A stretch of DNA of 64,000 nucleotides, taken from the IMG/VR virus record IMGVR_UViG_3300028920_000002, positions 96,001 to 160,000 of that record. One strand, written 5' to 3'. The DNA is from a virus. Below, in pieces: positions 45,659-55,000 of the stretch. The notes under the pieces were generated by a model. It was given only the letters and a program-made list of their open reading frames with translations. It was not told the origin of the DNA and made no database searches. Numbering within the stretch: the stretch's first letter is position 1; each line of letters opens with the position of its first letter. A program made the translations under genes and the position numbers.

Positions 45659-45970
45659 ATGAGCGACGAGAATGAGCTGAAGTTCACCGACCCGGACCAG
45701 GGAATGATGAAGCTCAATCTGCGCCCCAAGGTGGTGCAGCGAGGAAAGTGCTCCACCGAAGTCTACGACAACGGTCAGGTGGTAGTACGCGAGGAGCACG
45801 AGCCCGACGAGGAGTTGGAGAAGACAGTGTGGGCTGACCAGCCAGTGTGTCTCTTCGACTTGTACAAGTACGGTAGTACCCCAGTCGAAGGTGCGTACAG
45901 GAAGGAAGACAAGGTGGCTTCAGTGCGCATCTGCAAACACTGTGGCTGCTTGTATGCGGAGAAGTCATGA
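45659..45970 (+). CDS. Hypothetical protein with a C-terminal CKHCGCLY motif
   Basis: GAGGAG SD. Confidence 0.6.
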   Translation: MSDENELKFTDPDQGMMKLNLRPKVVQRGKCSTEVYDNGQVVVREEHEPDEELEKTVWADQPVCLFDLYKYGSTPVEGAYRKEDKVASVRICKHCGCLYAEKS

Positions 45971-46131
45971 AGCGCCGCAAGCGCTGCAGTTGGTGCAACG
46001 AGCTGATTGAGGTCGGCCAGGAGCTTCGCAGGAAGGATGCTGCCGACCTCACTCACTACTTCCACAAGAAGTGCTGGAAGGCACACTGTGATTGGTTGAA
46101 CGAGATTAGTTCACGGAAGAAGAGACGATGA
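45967..46131 (+). CDS. Small zinc-finger protein (54 aa)
   Basis: Translated by eye: CSWC...FHKKC; ATGA overlaps at both ends. Confidence 0.55.
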   Translation: MKRRKRCSWCNELIEVGQELRRKDAADLTHYFHKKCWKAHCDWLNEISSRKKRR

Positions 46132-46343
46132 GCGAAGGGTACGAGTATCCCAACGAGGTCGAGGTGATAAGAGAGTCGGACTCCGGCAAAGCCCTCCTGG
46201 TCAAGGACGACGAGGGTGAGGAGTTTTGGGTGCCCAAGTCTCAGATTCACGAGGACAGCGAGGTCTTCAAAGTAGCTGGCAGCAACAGCTACGGGCGCCT
46301 CATCGTTACCGAATGGTTAGCGAAGGAGAAGGGTTGGTTGTGA
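46128..46343 (+). CDS. Small conserved phage protein (WVPKSQI type)
   Basis: KALLV...EEFWVPKSQI...LIVTEWLAKEKG. Confidence 0.65.
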   Translation: MSEGYEYPNEVEVIRESDSGKALLVKDDEGEEFWVPKSQIHEDSEVFKVAGSNSYGRLIVTEWLAKEKGWL

Positions 46344-46549
46344 CAGACCAGAAGTTCATGCTTGCACAGGAGGCGGCCGAGGAGGTCGTACGCATTGAGC
46401 CCGACGGTAGGGTCTTTCTGTATGGTGAGCTCGTGGAGACTGACGAGCAGCGCCTTGCTGCGTTCTCGCTGATTGTCGACTGCAGTCGTGGCAATTACGA
46501 GCCGCATGGGTACAAGGACATCGTTGAGATTGAGGAGCCCGACCAGTGA
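46340..46549 (+). CDS. Small hypothetical protein
   Basis: GTGA coupling. Confidence 0.5.
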   Translation: MTDQKFMLAQEAAEEVVRIEPDGRVFLYGELVETDEQRLAAFSLIVDCSRGNYEPHGYKDIVEIEEPDQ

Positions 46550-46749
46550 AGAAGACCATCTGGTACATGGCCAAGCCTGGCGAAGAGCGGGACTACGCCA
46601 TGACCAAGCCTCCGAATCCCTGGTGGGCCGAAGAGTGCAAGAAGCAGGGCTACGTCATCTTCTCGGTTGAAGTCGACCTGCCTTTGGGATGGGATAGTGC
46701 CGACCACGAGCTCAAGGGGCGCATTGCAGGAAGGGAGCTGCCGGAATGA
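46546..46749 (+). CDS. Small hypothetical protein
   Basis: GTGA coupling. Confidence 0.5.
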   Translation: MKKTIWYMAKPGEERDYAMTKPPNPWWAEECKKQGYVIFSVEVDLPLGWDSADHELKGRIAGRELPE

Positions 46750-47051
46750 AGAAGGTGACGTGGGAAGCCACGACTGAGCGCATGTACGTTCAGCTAGTGC
46801 AGGAAGTACCCGAGGAGAAAGACCTGACCATGTCCAACGGGATGATGGCCATGACTGATTCGTTTCCTACTTCCTACCTCATGATTGGCAAGCCGGGGTC
46901 CAAGGAGCGCACGCGTGTGGAGGGACCTGACGCCGAGCTGCTGCTTCTGGCGCTCGGCAAGGTGATGTCCATGAGGCCCGGGGCCGGGATGCATACTATG
47001 GGTCGCATTCCCATGCCGCCGGGTACTAGCCCCTTCGGCTCTGTAGGCTAG
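46746..47051 (+). CDS. Hypothetical protein
   Basis: ATGA coupling. Confidence 0.55.
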   Translation: MKKVTWEATTERMYVQLVQEVPEEKDLTMSNGMMAMTDSFPTSYLMIGKPGSKERTRVEGPDAELLLLALGKVMSMRPGAGMHTMGRIPMPPGTSPFGSVG

Positions 47052-47108
47052 CAAAGTAGGCGGGGGCTGAGGTATAACAGGGGTGGAGTGAGAACCACTT
47101 CACTCTTT

Positions 47109-47475
47109 GGGCCTGAACTGGTTTCGACGTGGAGGAATCAAAGTAGTTGCGTGCAGGCGGTGCTCGACCCGCCTTGACCAATCGAGCAACGGCAGTTGCC
47201 AACGACAACGCCACCCCCGCTCTCGCAGTCGACAAGGCTGCGTGAGCCGTTCGCCTGGGTAGGAGCCCAAGTACCCCAGGGGACGTCATCAGAACATGGG
47301 TGGACAGCGGGAAAGACTGCTGACTCTCAGGAAAGACTGAGTGGTGGAGGTGCCTACCAACCCCCGAGGCGCCAATCGGTTGCTGGATGAACCAAAACCA
47401 ATCGCCAGCTACGCACGTGAACGAGACTACTGAGTGAACTTCGCGGACCCGGGTTCGATTCCCGGCGGGTCCACC
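47109..47475 (+). ncRNA. ssrA: tmRNA, tag peptide ANDNATPALAVDKAA
   Basis: 5' GGGCCTGAACTGGTTTCGAC; 3' CCGGG-TTCGATT-CCCGG-CGGGTCC-ACC; G3:U70 pair; pk1 (GGCGG/CCGCC with TGCTCGA/TCGAGCA); resume codon GCC at 47198, stop TGA 47243-47245. Confidence 0.93.
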
Positions 47476-47478
47476 GGG

Positions 47479-48112
47479 TTCTGTCAGGTGTGGGTAAAGG
47501 AGGGGATGTAGCGCTCCCTCCCAGCAAACCTCGGGAAGTGGTGCACCACTTTCTGCTGTTAGGCTGCCTGACAGAGCACGAGACTTGTCCCCATCAGTCT
47601 CGCAGTATTCTGGTGGGGGCACGACGGAAGGTAGGAAACACGTCAGTTAGCTGCTGTCGCAAGCCCTACTGAAAGTGAGGTCGCTAGGAGGACATCCTGG
47701 AGAAGGCCCTGTAGGCAATTAGAGCTCAATGGTTCGCCCAGTCCTCGAAAGCCGACCTTCTCCCTGTTGTGTCGTACGGTGTACCTCGGGCCCCATCAAC
47801 ACAGGGTATGGTGTGGGCCCCAACTCTATCCCGGGTACTAGATACCCCGGTGGGTAGGTCAGCGAGACGCTCTTGGTAGCTGACCAACAACGGTTCTCTC
47901 TTTTGGGAGGCCGACAAGGAGCCGGGGGTCAGGTGAAGACGGTTAGCCTGACCACCGAACACCATGATGTGACCGCTCCCCAGCAGGGTTTGCACGCTTT
48001 CCCCACTGATGTTAGAAGTGTGCGCCCCCGACGTCCCGCAAGGCGTCGGGGGCACCAGCAGCGGGTTCGATGCGGCCTACCCCCCAAGGCTCACGGGCCC
48101 GCTGCCTTTTCT
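47479..48112 (+). ncRNA. Putative large ornate ncRNA (~630 nt)
   Basis: No credible ORF; more than a dozen helices, two similar pseudoknots, a GNRA loop and a terminal hairpin with T-tract. Confidence 0.6.
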
Positions 48113-48135
48113 TAGCTCTCTGCTAGACTGGCGTC

Positions 48136-48516
48136 GTGGCCATCAGCGAAAAAGAGCAGGGCGAGGACAAAGCCCGAGAGGACTTTCACTTCGTTGAGCG
48201 TAGGGCAGTCAACAACGCCTACGCCGCCCTTGTGGGTCGGCAGTACACAGAGTCGCAGCAGGCGTTCACCTTCGAGGAGGCGTTGGACGCCCATATCGAA
48301 GCCATCGAGGGGAAGGATGACCCTCTGCATCCCAACGAGCTCAACCGGGTGAGGCGCATTCGCAACGAGCTCAATGCCGCTGTGGATGCCATCAAGGCGC
48401 TGCCTCCCGAAGCGTTCGTGCTCGAGGCCAGCGAAGAGGACGTCAACACCGAAGAGGTCCTCGAGGAGCGCACCGCCGCCAAGGAAGCGGCGAATGAGCA
48501 AGCCTTCGGCTCCTAG
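48136..48516 (+). CDS. Acidic helical hypothetical protein
   Basis: 126-aa ORF with GTG start. Confidence 0.55.
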   Translation: MAISEKEQGEDKAREDFHFVERRAVNNAYAALVGRQYTESQQAFTFEEALDAHIEAIEGKDDPLHPNELNRVRRIRNELNAAVDAIKALPPEAFVLEASEEDVNTEEVLEERTAAKEAANEQAFGS

Positions 48517-48533
48517 GGTATAAGCACCCCAGT

Positions 48534-49082
48534 ATGACTACGTCTCTCTACTGGGAGAGTGCTCCTGACCCCGACGGGGACCATGAGGAGACAGAAGAAG
48601 AGCGGCGCAAGCGTTTCGACCGCAACATGGAGAACGCTGTGCACGCGATGCTGGTGTGGGCGGAGGAGGTGAGCAAGTCCAACGCTCAGCTCAGCAGGGC
48701 GCTGTCTGGTAAGGACGAGTATGGCACTCCTGACTACAACCCCGACAATCCGTTGGCCAAGATTGCGGACAAGTTGGGTGATATCGTCAACATGCTAGGT
48801 GGCTACGGTGGCACCAGTCCGTTCCAAGGTATCGAGACGGCCATCAGCGAAATCTCCGAGGCAGCTAACTCGGCCAAGACTGCGATGGACAAGACCTTGG
48901 GCAACGCCGCGCTCGATGCCCTACGCTCCGAGAATCAACGACTCACGCACTTACTGTTCCAGGTTCTTGGCAAGGACCTAGAGCGTTCGGATGAGCCGTT
49001 CATGACCGCCCTTCGCCGAGCGATGAGGGAAGCCGAGGAGTCTCCAGCCCAGTCGGAATCTCCTCCTGACCAAACCGATTGA
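48534..49082 (+). CDS. Hypothetical protein
   Basis: GGTATAA motif upstream; 182 aa. Confidence 0.6.
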   Translation: MTTSLYWESAPDPDGDHEETEEERRKRFDRNMENAVHAMLVWAEEVSKSNAQLSRALSGKDEYGTPDYNPDNPLAKIADKLGDIVNMLGGYGGTSPFQGIETAISEISEAANSAKTAMDKTLGNAALDALRSENQRLTHLLFQVLGKDLERSDEPFMTALRRAMREAEESPAQSESPPDQTD

Positions 49083-49226
49083 AGCTGCCAACTTCAGCTA
49101 CGCTCAGCCAGTTGTGCTCGCAACTCAGACAGCGGCACGAGTGAACCAGATTGACGCCGTCTTGGTAGAGGCGTTTGCACTCGCAGTTCCTATGTTCGCA
49201 GGCCACGCTGCATTGTACAATGAGCC

Positions 49227-50342
49227 ATGGCAACTGCAGCAGACATCGGTTGGGGTTCTTACAGAAGCTACGAGGGTCCGTTCTACCGTGGCAAGGTACG
49301 TTACCACCTGCCTTCGAGGCCGACGGAAGAGGACAAGATTCTTGCCGTCATCACTGCAACGGAAGGCGGTCACTTGGACGCGTACAATGGCTACGACCGT
49401 TGCATCCGTACCAGTGGGCTAATTCAGTGGTGCGACCGCGCCCCTCAGCACAGTGTGGACGACATGCTCGGCAAGGTCGCCGAGGAGGACCGAAGTCTCA
49501 TCCTTCCGGTGGACCAGCTGATGAAGACCACTGGCTACGAGTTCAAGAAGGGTAGCAATGGTAAGTGGAGGGCCCACAAGGGCGGGGTTCCCATCAACAC
49601 GGCCGAGCTGCAGCGCCGCCTCTACTTCCTGAACAGCGATGGCAAGAAGGGTAACTGGGACACCGCCTCGAAGCAGCGGGCCAAGGAATGGGCTGCGGCA
49701 ACCTCGACGGTCTGGGAGTTCACCGAAGCTCAGAAGGTCCAGCGGGCCTACACGGGCAAACGGCTGCTGAGCTTCGCTCTGCCCAAGGCGCGCCGCATCA
49801 TCAACCAGGCGCCAGGTAATGGCGTCGGCAGGGCTTTCACGGCTGCCTACCTCAGCTTCGCCGCCAACAACCCCACCTGGGCCTGGCGCGCTCTGGAGGC
49901 CGCGCTCAAGGAGTGGAACGGCCGGCCGCTCTGGAATGAGCAGTGGCTCATCCACGCGTTGAAGAGCCTGACCTTCCATCCGAGCGTGGCCATCTACCCT
50001 CATCGGTACAAGGCCATCCGCCCGGTGCTCGAGCGGCTCTACGGGGTGCAGCTACCGGACTTCCCCAACGAGCTCAAGGCGTGGACGACCAAGCACAACT
50101 ACAAGGGCTACATCACTACCCTGCGCCTGCAGGAGGCGCTCATCACCCTCGGCTACGACCTTGGGCCCGCCGGCGCCGACGACCGTTTCGGCAAGATGAC
50201 CCGTGATGCCCTCCGAGAGTTCGAGGAAGACGCGGGCATTCCTGGGGCGTATCGGGATGGCTCGCCAGATGAGTTCACGGTACCCTCACTGGAGAAGGCG
50301 TTGGAGAAGCGGGGAGCTCAGCTCCTTTGGGAGAACGAGTGA
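49227..50342 (+). CDS. Endolysin-like protein: lysozyme-like domain plus C-terminal peptidoglycan-binding domain
   Basis: ATEGGHLDAYNGYD...SGLIQW; LQEALITLGYDLG..GADDRFG..TRDALREFE...DG. Confidence 0.75.
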   Translation: MATAADIGWGSYRSYEGPFYRGKVRYHLPSRPTEEDKILAVITATEGGHLDAYNGYDRCIRTSGLIQWCDRAPQHSVDDMLGKVAEEDRSLILPVDQLMKTTGYEFKKGSNGKWRAHKGGVPINTAELQRRLYFLNSDGKKGNWDTASKQRAKEWAAATSTVWEFTEAQKVQRAYTGKRLLSFALPKARRIINQAPGNGVGRAFTAAYLSFAANNPTWAWRALEAALKEWNGRPLWNEQWLIHALKSLTFHPSVAIYPHRYKAIRPVLERLYGVQLPDFPNELKAWTTKHNYKGYITTLRLQEALITLGYDLGPAGADDRFGKMTRDALREFEEDAGIPGAYRDGSPDEFTVPSLEKALEKRGAQLLWENE

Positions 50343-50947
50343 GCCAGAAGGAATCTAGCGACATGCCGGGCTACATCGGAGTAGCTCAGGACGAGAACAA
50401 GTACTTGTCTGGTGGAGAGCCGGTGGTACGTCCGGGTGTGTACGTCGAGGAACTCCCGGCAAGCTTGGCAGCGCTGTCTGGGCTGCCTAAGGCGGACAAT
50501 ACTCTCAACAAGATGCTGAAGCAGGCTTACGACGGGAGCAATGTCGCTGCCTGGGAGGACAAGAAGATGGCCGCGCAGCAGAAGCTGGTAGAGCAGCTAC
50601 GTGCCATCGAAGAGAAGAAGCTTCAGGAGGGCATCGCTAAGATGGTGGAGGAAGCGGTAGAGCGCAAAGATACGCTACTCGCTGCCACCAACGACGTCCT
50701 CGCTCGGCAGAACAAGCAGCTGCTTGAGCGGGAGCAGGGGCTACAAGACCAGGTCACCAAGCTATCGAAGCAACTTGATGAAGCACACGAGCGAATCTTC
50801 AAGCTCACTGACTTGGTGTACTCGAAGTGGATGAATGACGGACGACAAGAGGGACCTCCTGGAGGCCACGAACAAGGTTCTGCGCAAGAAGAACAGGGAA
50901 CTTCAGAAGGCGCTGGACAACGAGACACTTCTTCGCACGGTACTTGA
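50339..50947 (+). CDS. Coiled-coil hypothetical protein
   Basis: GTGA coupling; heptad pattern. Confidence 0.55.
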   Translation: MSQKESSDMPGYIGVAQDENKYLSGGEPVVRPGVYVEELPASLAALSGLPKADNTLNKMLKQAYDGSNVAAWEDKKMAAQQKLVEQLRAIEEKKLQEGIAKMVEEAVERKDTLLAATNDVLARQNKQLLEREQGLQDQVTKLSKQLDEAHERIFKLTDLVYSKWMNDGRQEGPPGGHEQGSAQEEQGTSEGAGQRDTSSHGT

Positions 50948-51218
50948 GCGCAATGAGGCGCTCCGCATTGCCAAGATGGAAGGCGTGGAGAATCGGTTCA
51001 CCGGTCTCTTCTATGCCATCGAGGTTCTGGCAGCTGAGGTACCTAGCAACACACAAGCTGGGCGTCAGGCTAGAGCTCAGGCGCGTACATTGCTGTCCAA
51101 AAGGGGCGTGAAGCCGCCAGCGAGCCTCGGCGCTCCGAGAAAGTCCAAGCCGCGGAAGAAGCGGAAAACCAAGGCGAAGCGTGCTTCTAAGGCCAGCCGG
51201 CCAAAGAAGTCGAGTTGA
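50835..51218 (+). CDS. Basic hypothetical protein with a Lys/Arg-rich tail
   Basis: 127 aa; KSKPRKKRKTKAKRASKASRPKK. Confidence 0.55.
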   Translation: MTDDKRDLLEATNKVLRKKNRELQKALDNETLLRTVLERNEALRIAKMEGVENRFTGLFYAIEVLAAEVPSNTQAGRQARAQARTLLSKRGVKPPASLGAPRKSKPRKKRKTKAKRASKASRPKKSS

Positions 51219-51274
51219 CAAGGGGAGCGCCCCGGGCACACTGAAGGTCGGAAGGCGTTCCCTTCGTCGGTCAG

Positions 51275-51317
51275 GCCCACCCGCTTCCCCATGTGCGGGT
51301 GGGCTTTCGTCTTTTTC
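51275..51317 (+). terminator. Intrinsic terminator
   Basis: GCCCACCCGC/GCGGGTGGGC stem followed by TTTCGTCTTTTT. Confidence 0.75.
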
Positions 51318-51349
51318 TAGCTCCATGTCCGTGGTGATAGAATCGGCAC

Positions 51350-52012
51350 ATGGCGATTGACTTCCAGGTCGTCTATCCGCAGGAGTCTGTGCAGCTCAAC
51401 AAGGTTGAGCTGACCAATGGGGCTGGCATCGACGCCCTCGACATCCGCGGTCAGGACTTCCGCTCTGTCGACGAGGTGCTCATCAACGATTTGCCCTCGC
51501 CCGATGTCATCGTGGTGAGCAAGAGTCAGCTTCTGGCTCAGCTCCCAGACCGTCTTCAGGGGGCACCGGGTCAGGTCAATACGGTGATGGTACTCTCGAA
51601 ACGCCTGACGGTGAGCGAGCGCAGCATCATTCGATTCCGTATCAGCGATACCCCGGGGCGGGTTCGCGGTCTGCTCCGTCTCATCCAGCTCTTTCTGAAG
51701 ACATTGTTCACCACCCCTGGTAGCGACATCTTCGACCAAGACGCTGGAGGTGGAGCGTTGAGGAAGGTCGGCGAGACGTTTGGGGCTGACGAGGGTGGAA
51801 ACATCGTGAGCAGCTTTGTGGTTTCCGTGAATCAGACGGCTCGGCAAATTGTCGCTCGGCAGAGCCGTGACTCGAGCCTGCCGCTCGATGAACGGTTGAT
51901 GTCCGCCCGTGTCATCCGAGCGAACTTCGACAAGAACCAGGGCGCATTGTTCATCGGTGTAGAGCTACTTTCCCAGGCGGGTCAGCAGGCCATCGCCAAT
52001 ATGGAGCTGTAA
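51350..52012 (+). CDS. Baseplate gp25-like protein with an N-terminal Ig/IPT-like domain
   Basis: LIQLFLKTLFTTPGSDIFD...GG...LDERL pattern; lies directly upstream of the baseplate J gene. Confidence 0.7.
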   Translation: MAIDFQVVYPQESVQLNKVELTNGAGIDALDIRGQDFRSVDEVLINDLPSPDVIVVSKSQLLAQLPDRLQGAPGQVNTVMVLSKRLTVSERSIIRFRISDTPGRVRGLLRLIQLFLKTLFTTPGSDIFDQDAGGGALRKVGETFGADEGGNIVSSFVVSVNQTARQIVARQSRDSSLPLDERLMSARVIRANFDKNQGALFIGVELLSQAGQQAIANMEL

Positions 52013-55000
52013 TGGCAGTCAGAGACGTAGAAGCCTTCGTCCGTCAGCGCGCCGTCATCTACGACGGTAATCTGGATGTCACCCCAGGAGCGCCCTTCGA
52101 CGTTCAAGTCATCCAGCCTCTGGTTCGTCGGTTGGGCCCAGACCCGTTCACCGTAGACCTGTCCACGTTCATCAATGCTCGGATGGCTCAGGCATACCCG
52201 GAGCTCGCCAGCAAAGACGGCGACACTATCACCGACTTGCTCAACAAGCCGGCCACGCTGCTCTGGGACCCGATTGTTCGGGAGAATACACGCGTAGCTC
52301 GCAACGCGTCTTTCGCCGACCCCAGCACACTGACTGATGAAGAAGCCGATGCGCTCGGCGCCAACTTCTTCTCTATCCGTCGTCGTGGCGCCCTATCGAG
52401 GGGCTTGGCCCGCATTCTGTTCGCCCAGCCGCAGAACGTTGCGGTGAGCCCGGTGAACTTCTTCACCTCTCGAGGCGGTCTGCACTTCTTCCCTCAGGAG
52501 ACACAGAGCATTCGTACGGAGGAGATGCTCCTCAACGTGACAGAGGGAGGTCTCTACTACTTCGACGTCAACGCGGTCGCCGAGTCACCTGGCATCTCGT
52601 ACAACATCGCCAAAGACAACCTCATCTCGGTGGCCAACGTGCCCTCGGCGGTGCAGGTGACCAATCCCCGTCGGTTCCGGTCTGGTGAGGTGGAGGAGAC
52701 CGGACGGGAGTTCATCGAGCGTATTCGCCAAGAGATTGGCGAGCGCTCGTTGGTCACGCTTCGAGGCATCGCTGCCAAGACCGTGGATGCCTTCCCAGAG
52801 GTGAATCGCCTCAACGTAGTGGGCTTCAACGACGCTGAGATGCAGCGCGACATCATCGTGGGTGGCGGCCTCGGCTCCATCCAGGCTGCTGGTAATCAGG
52901 GCGTCATCATCTCCGACGGTACGGGAGCTGCGTTCAGCAGCTACTTCAACACCACCGAGGAGGACTTCTCTGCTCTCATCGGTAGCGTGGGCGCCACTTC
53001 CGGTTGGGTGCTCACTGTGTTCGACGCCCTCACGGGGTTGGATGTGGTCAAGGACCTCAGTGTGGTGCGCGTGGTGAGTGCAGATACCATCGAGGTTGAC
53101 GGCCAGGAATTGGTCATTGGTACCAGCAGCGTACGCTGGACGCTACGACGACGTGAGCTGACGCTCAGCCACATCCCAGGCGGAATTCTGTTCCCCGAGG
53201 GGCTCGGTGAGACCACGGTGACGGTGCCAGACGACACCATTCACGTGGGCGGCTGCTACGACCTATACACACGTGGCTCGGACTTCGAGGAGTCGACTAC
53301 GGTGTTCGAGTCGGTCGTCGATGACCTGCCAATTCTCAGTGGTACGCAAGCGTCCAACCCGGCCATCATCTCGCAGTTCATCCTCTTCGGTCTGCGCCAG
53401 GGAGTCGACTACGAAATTGGAGACGCCACCTACACGGCTCTGCAGAATGCCGCCCGCTTCAACTACTCCTTTCAGATGCAGGCCGGTCCCACCGCTGGGA
53501 CGTACCGAATCATCGATGTGGACTTCGGTGCACCTGGTAGCGCAGTCGAGCTGACAGTCGACCCAACACCTCCGGTGCTGAGTGGTCTACTGCAACGTTG
53601 GCGTTTGTTCGATGAGCTCAACATCGACCTTCTCGAGCCGAAGGAGACTCGATACTCAGGCAGCGATTTGCAGACGGTGTTGGGCAGCGACATCGTAGAG
53701 ACTGATTCTGGGGTGGACTTCGACGAGTATGGCGTGGCGGAAGGTGACGTCCTGCGCGTTGATGTCGGCGAGGACGCCGGCGACTACACGGTTGTGGCCG
53801 CCCCGCTCCCACCCACCAACAGCCGCCTACAACTCGACCGTCCTATGACTCGTACGGCCTCGGGGCTGTCGTTCAGCGTCTTCCGTTCTGGTGTTGGGGA
53901 GATTGTCCCTCCGTTCGTGCGCATCAAACAGATTGAGCTGCTCGACTCATCCTCGCAGCCTCTCGGCTCCATCGTTCCCTACGCCAAGCCAGTGGATGTA
54001 CAGAGCCGCGCTTTCCAGAACCCAGCTCGTGGAGTGGACCACGAGTTTGGCGACGCTCGTCTGGGATTGGTCAGCGCTGAACTCACGAGCGTCACCATTG
54101 GAGCGGGCAACAACGGCCTCAAGTTCCTCATCGATGGCGCTGCGGTCAACATCACGCTAACCAATGGGACGTACGACCTGGATGGCATCGTCGCTGAGCT
54201 CAACACGCAGCTGTCTTCCTACTACCCGGAGATGGCGTTGGTCATCTCGGGCAGCCGGTTCGGTATCCGGCCCGTTGGGGAGAGCGGCTATGTGGTTCTG
54301 GTGGATGGTTCTGCCCGAACCGACTTGTTCGGAGATACTGAAGTACGCACCACCGGGGATGTTCGCTCAAGCGACGCTTCTAGTGAGGGTGGTTGGGGAA
54401 GCCTTGAGCCGGCTATCGACACCGTCAGTGGTTTGGACGTGATTCAGGTCCTCGATGGGTACAACATCGGCTTCTACTCCGCCCCGTTCGAGTTGGACCT
54501 CGACATGTCGAGCGTCTATCCGTCAACAGCCTCGACTGCTCTCATTGTGGGCACACCTCACCCAACGACGCCGCTGACGTTCGTTCCAGAGAAGACCTTT
54601 CAGCCACAGGCCAATCGCAGAGTGCAGATTGGTACGAGGTCCATCGGCTCGGCGCGCGTCTACTTCTTGGAGCCTACATCCTTCGAGGTCGACCAGGACA
54701 GCCGATTCTCTGCGACCAGCGAGGATGGGGGCACCATCTACTTCTTGCCAGACCCGACGCTGGACCATCAGCGCATCCCTCCGCTGCCAGAGGGAGATAG
54801 CCCCACCGACGGAGAGAGTGCCGCGGGTGGTTCGAGCTTCATCTCGTCCTCGCAGGACTTCACGACCGCCGGCATTCAGCCAGGGGACAAACTGGTCGTC
54901 GAGTACCACCCCATAGAGGGCTCGATAGTGCTCACCAACCCGGTATCCGACCTCGTGGGCAAGATACTGACCTTCGCTATCGACGACGGTCCAGACAAGG

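Larger units (their letters stand above)
5592..48523. promoter_or_regulatory. Recurrent bipartite promoter CAAW-N13-YCGGNATAA (often followed by GTGG), about 24 copies
   Basis: ATAA on + at 5598, 7158, 9188, 13984, 22807, 29640, 34944, 35632, 40059, 41629, 47074, 48520; TTAT (minus strand) at 13954, 18038, 18573, 19785, 20596, 21218, 21761, 22777, 31670, 34827, 34928, 40029. Nearly all are intergenic and oriented toward a gene or RNA. Confidence 0.8.

Noticed and set aside
48058-48105. tRNA suggested by GGGTTCGAT
   Set aside because: No matching T-stem, D arm or acceptor; the sequence is the 5' arm of a long terminal hairpin.
47479-48112. RNase P RNA or a second tmRNA
   Set aside because: The RNase P P4 signatures (GAGGAAAGUCC / CGGCUUA) and tmRNA acceptor/T-arm ends are absent.
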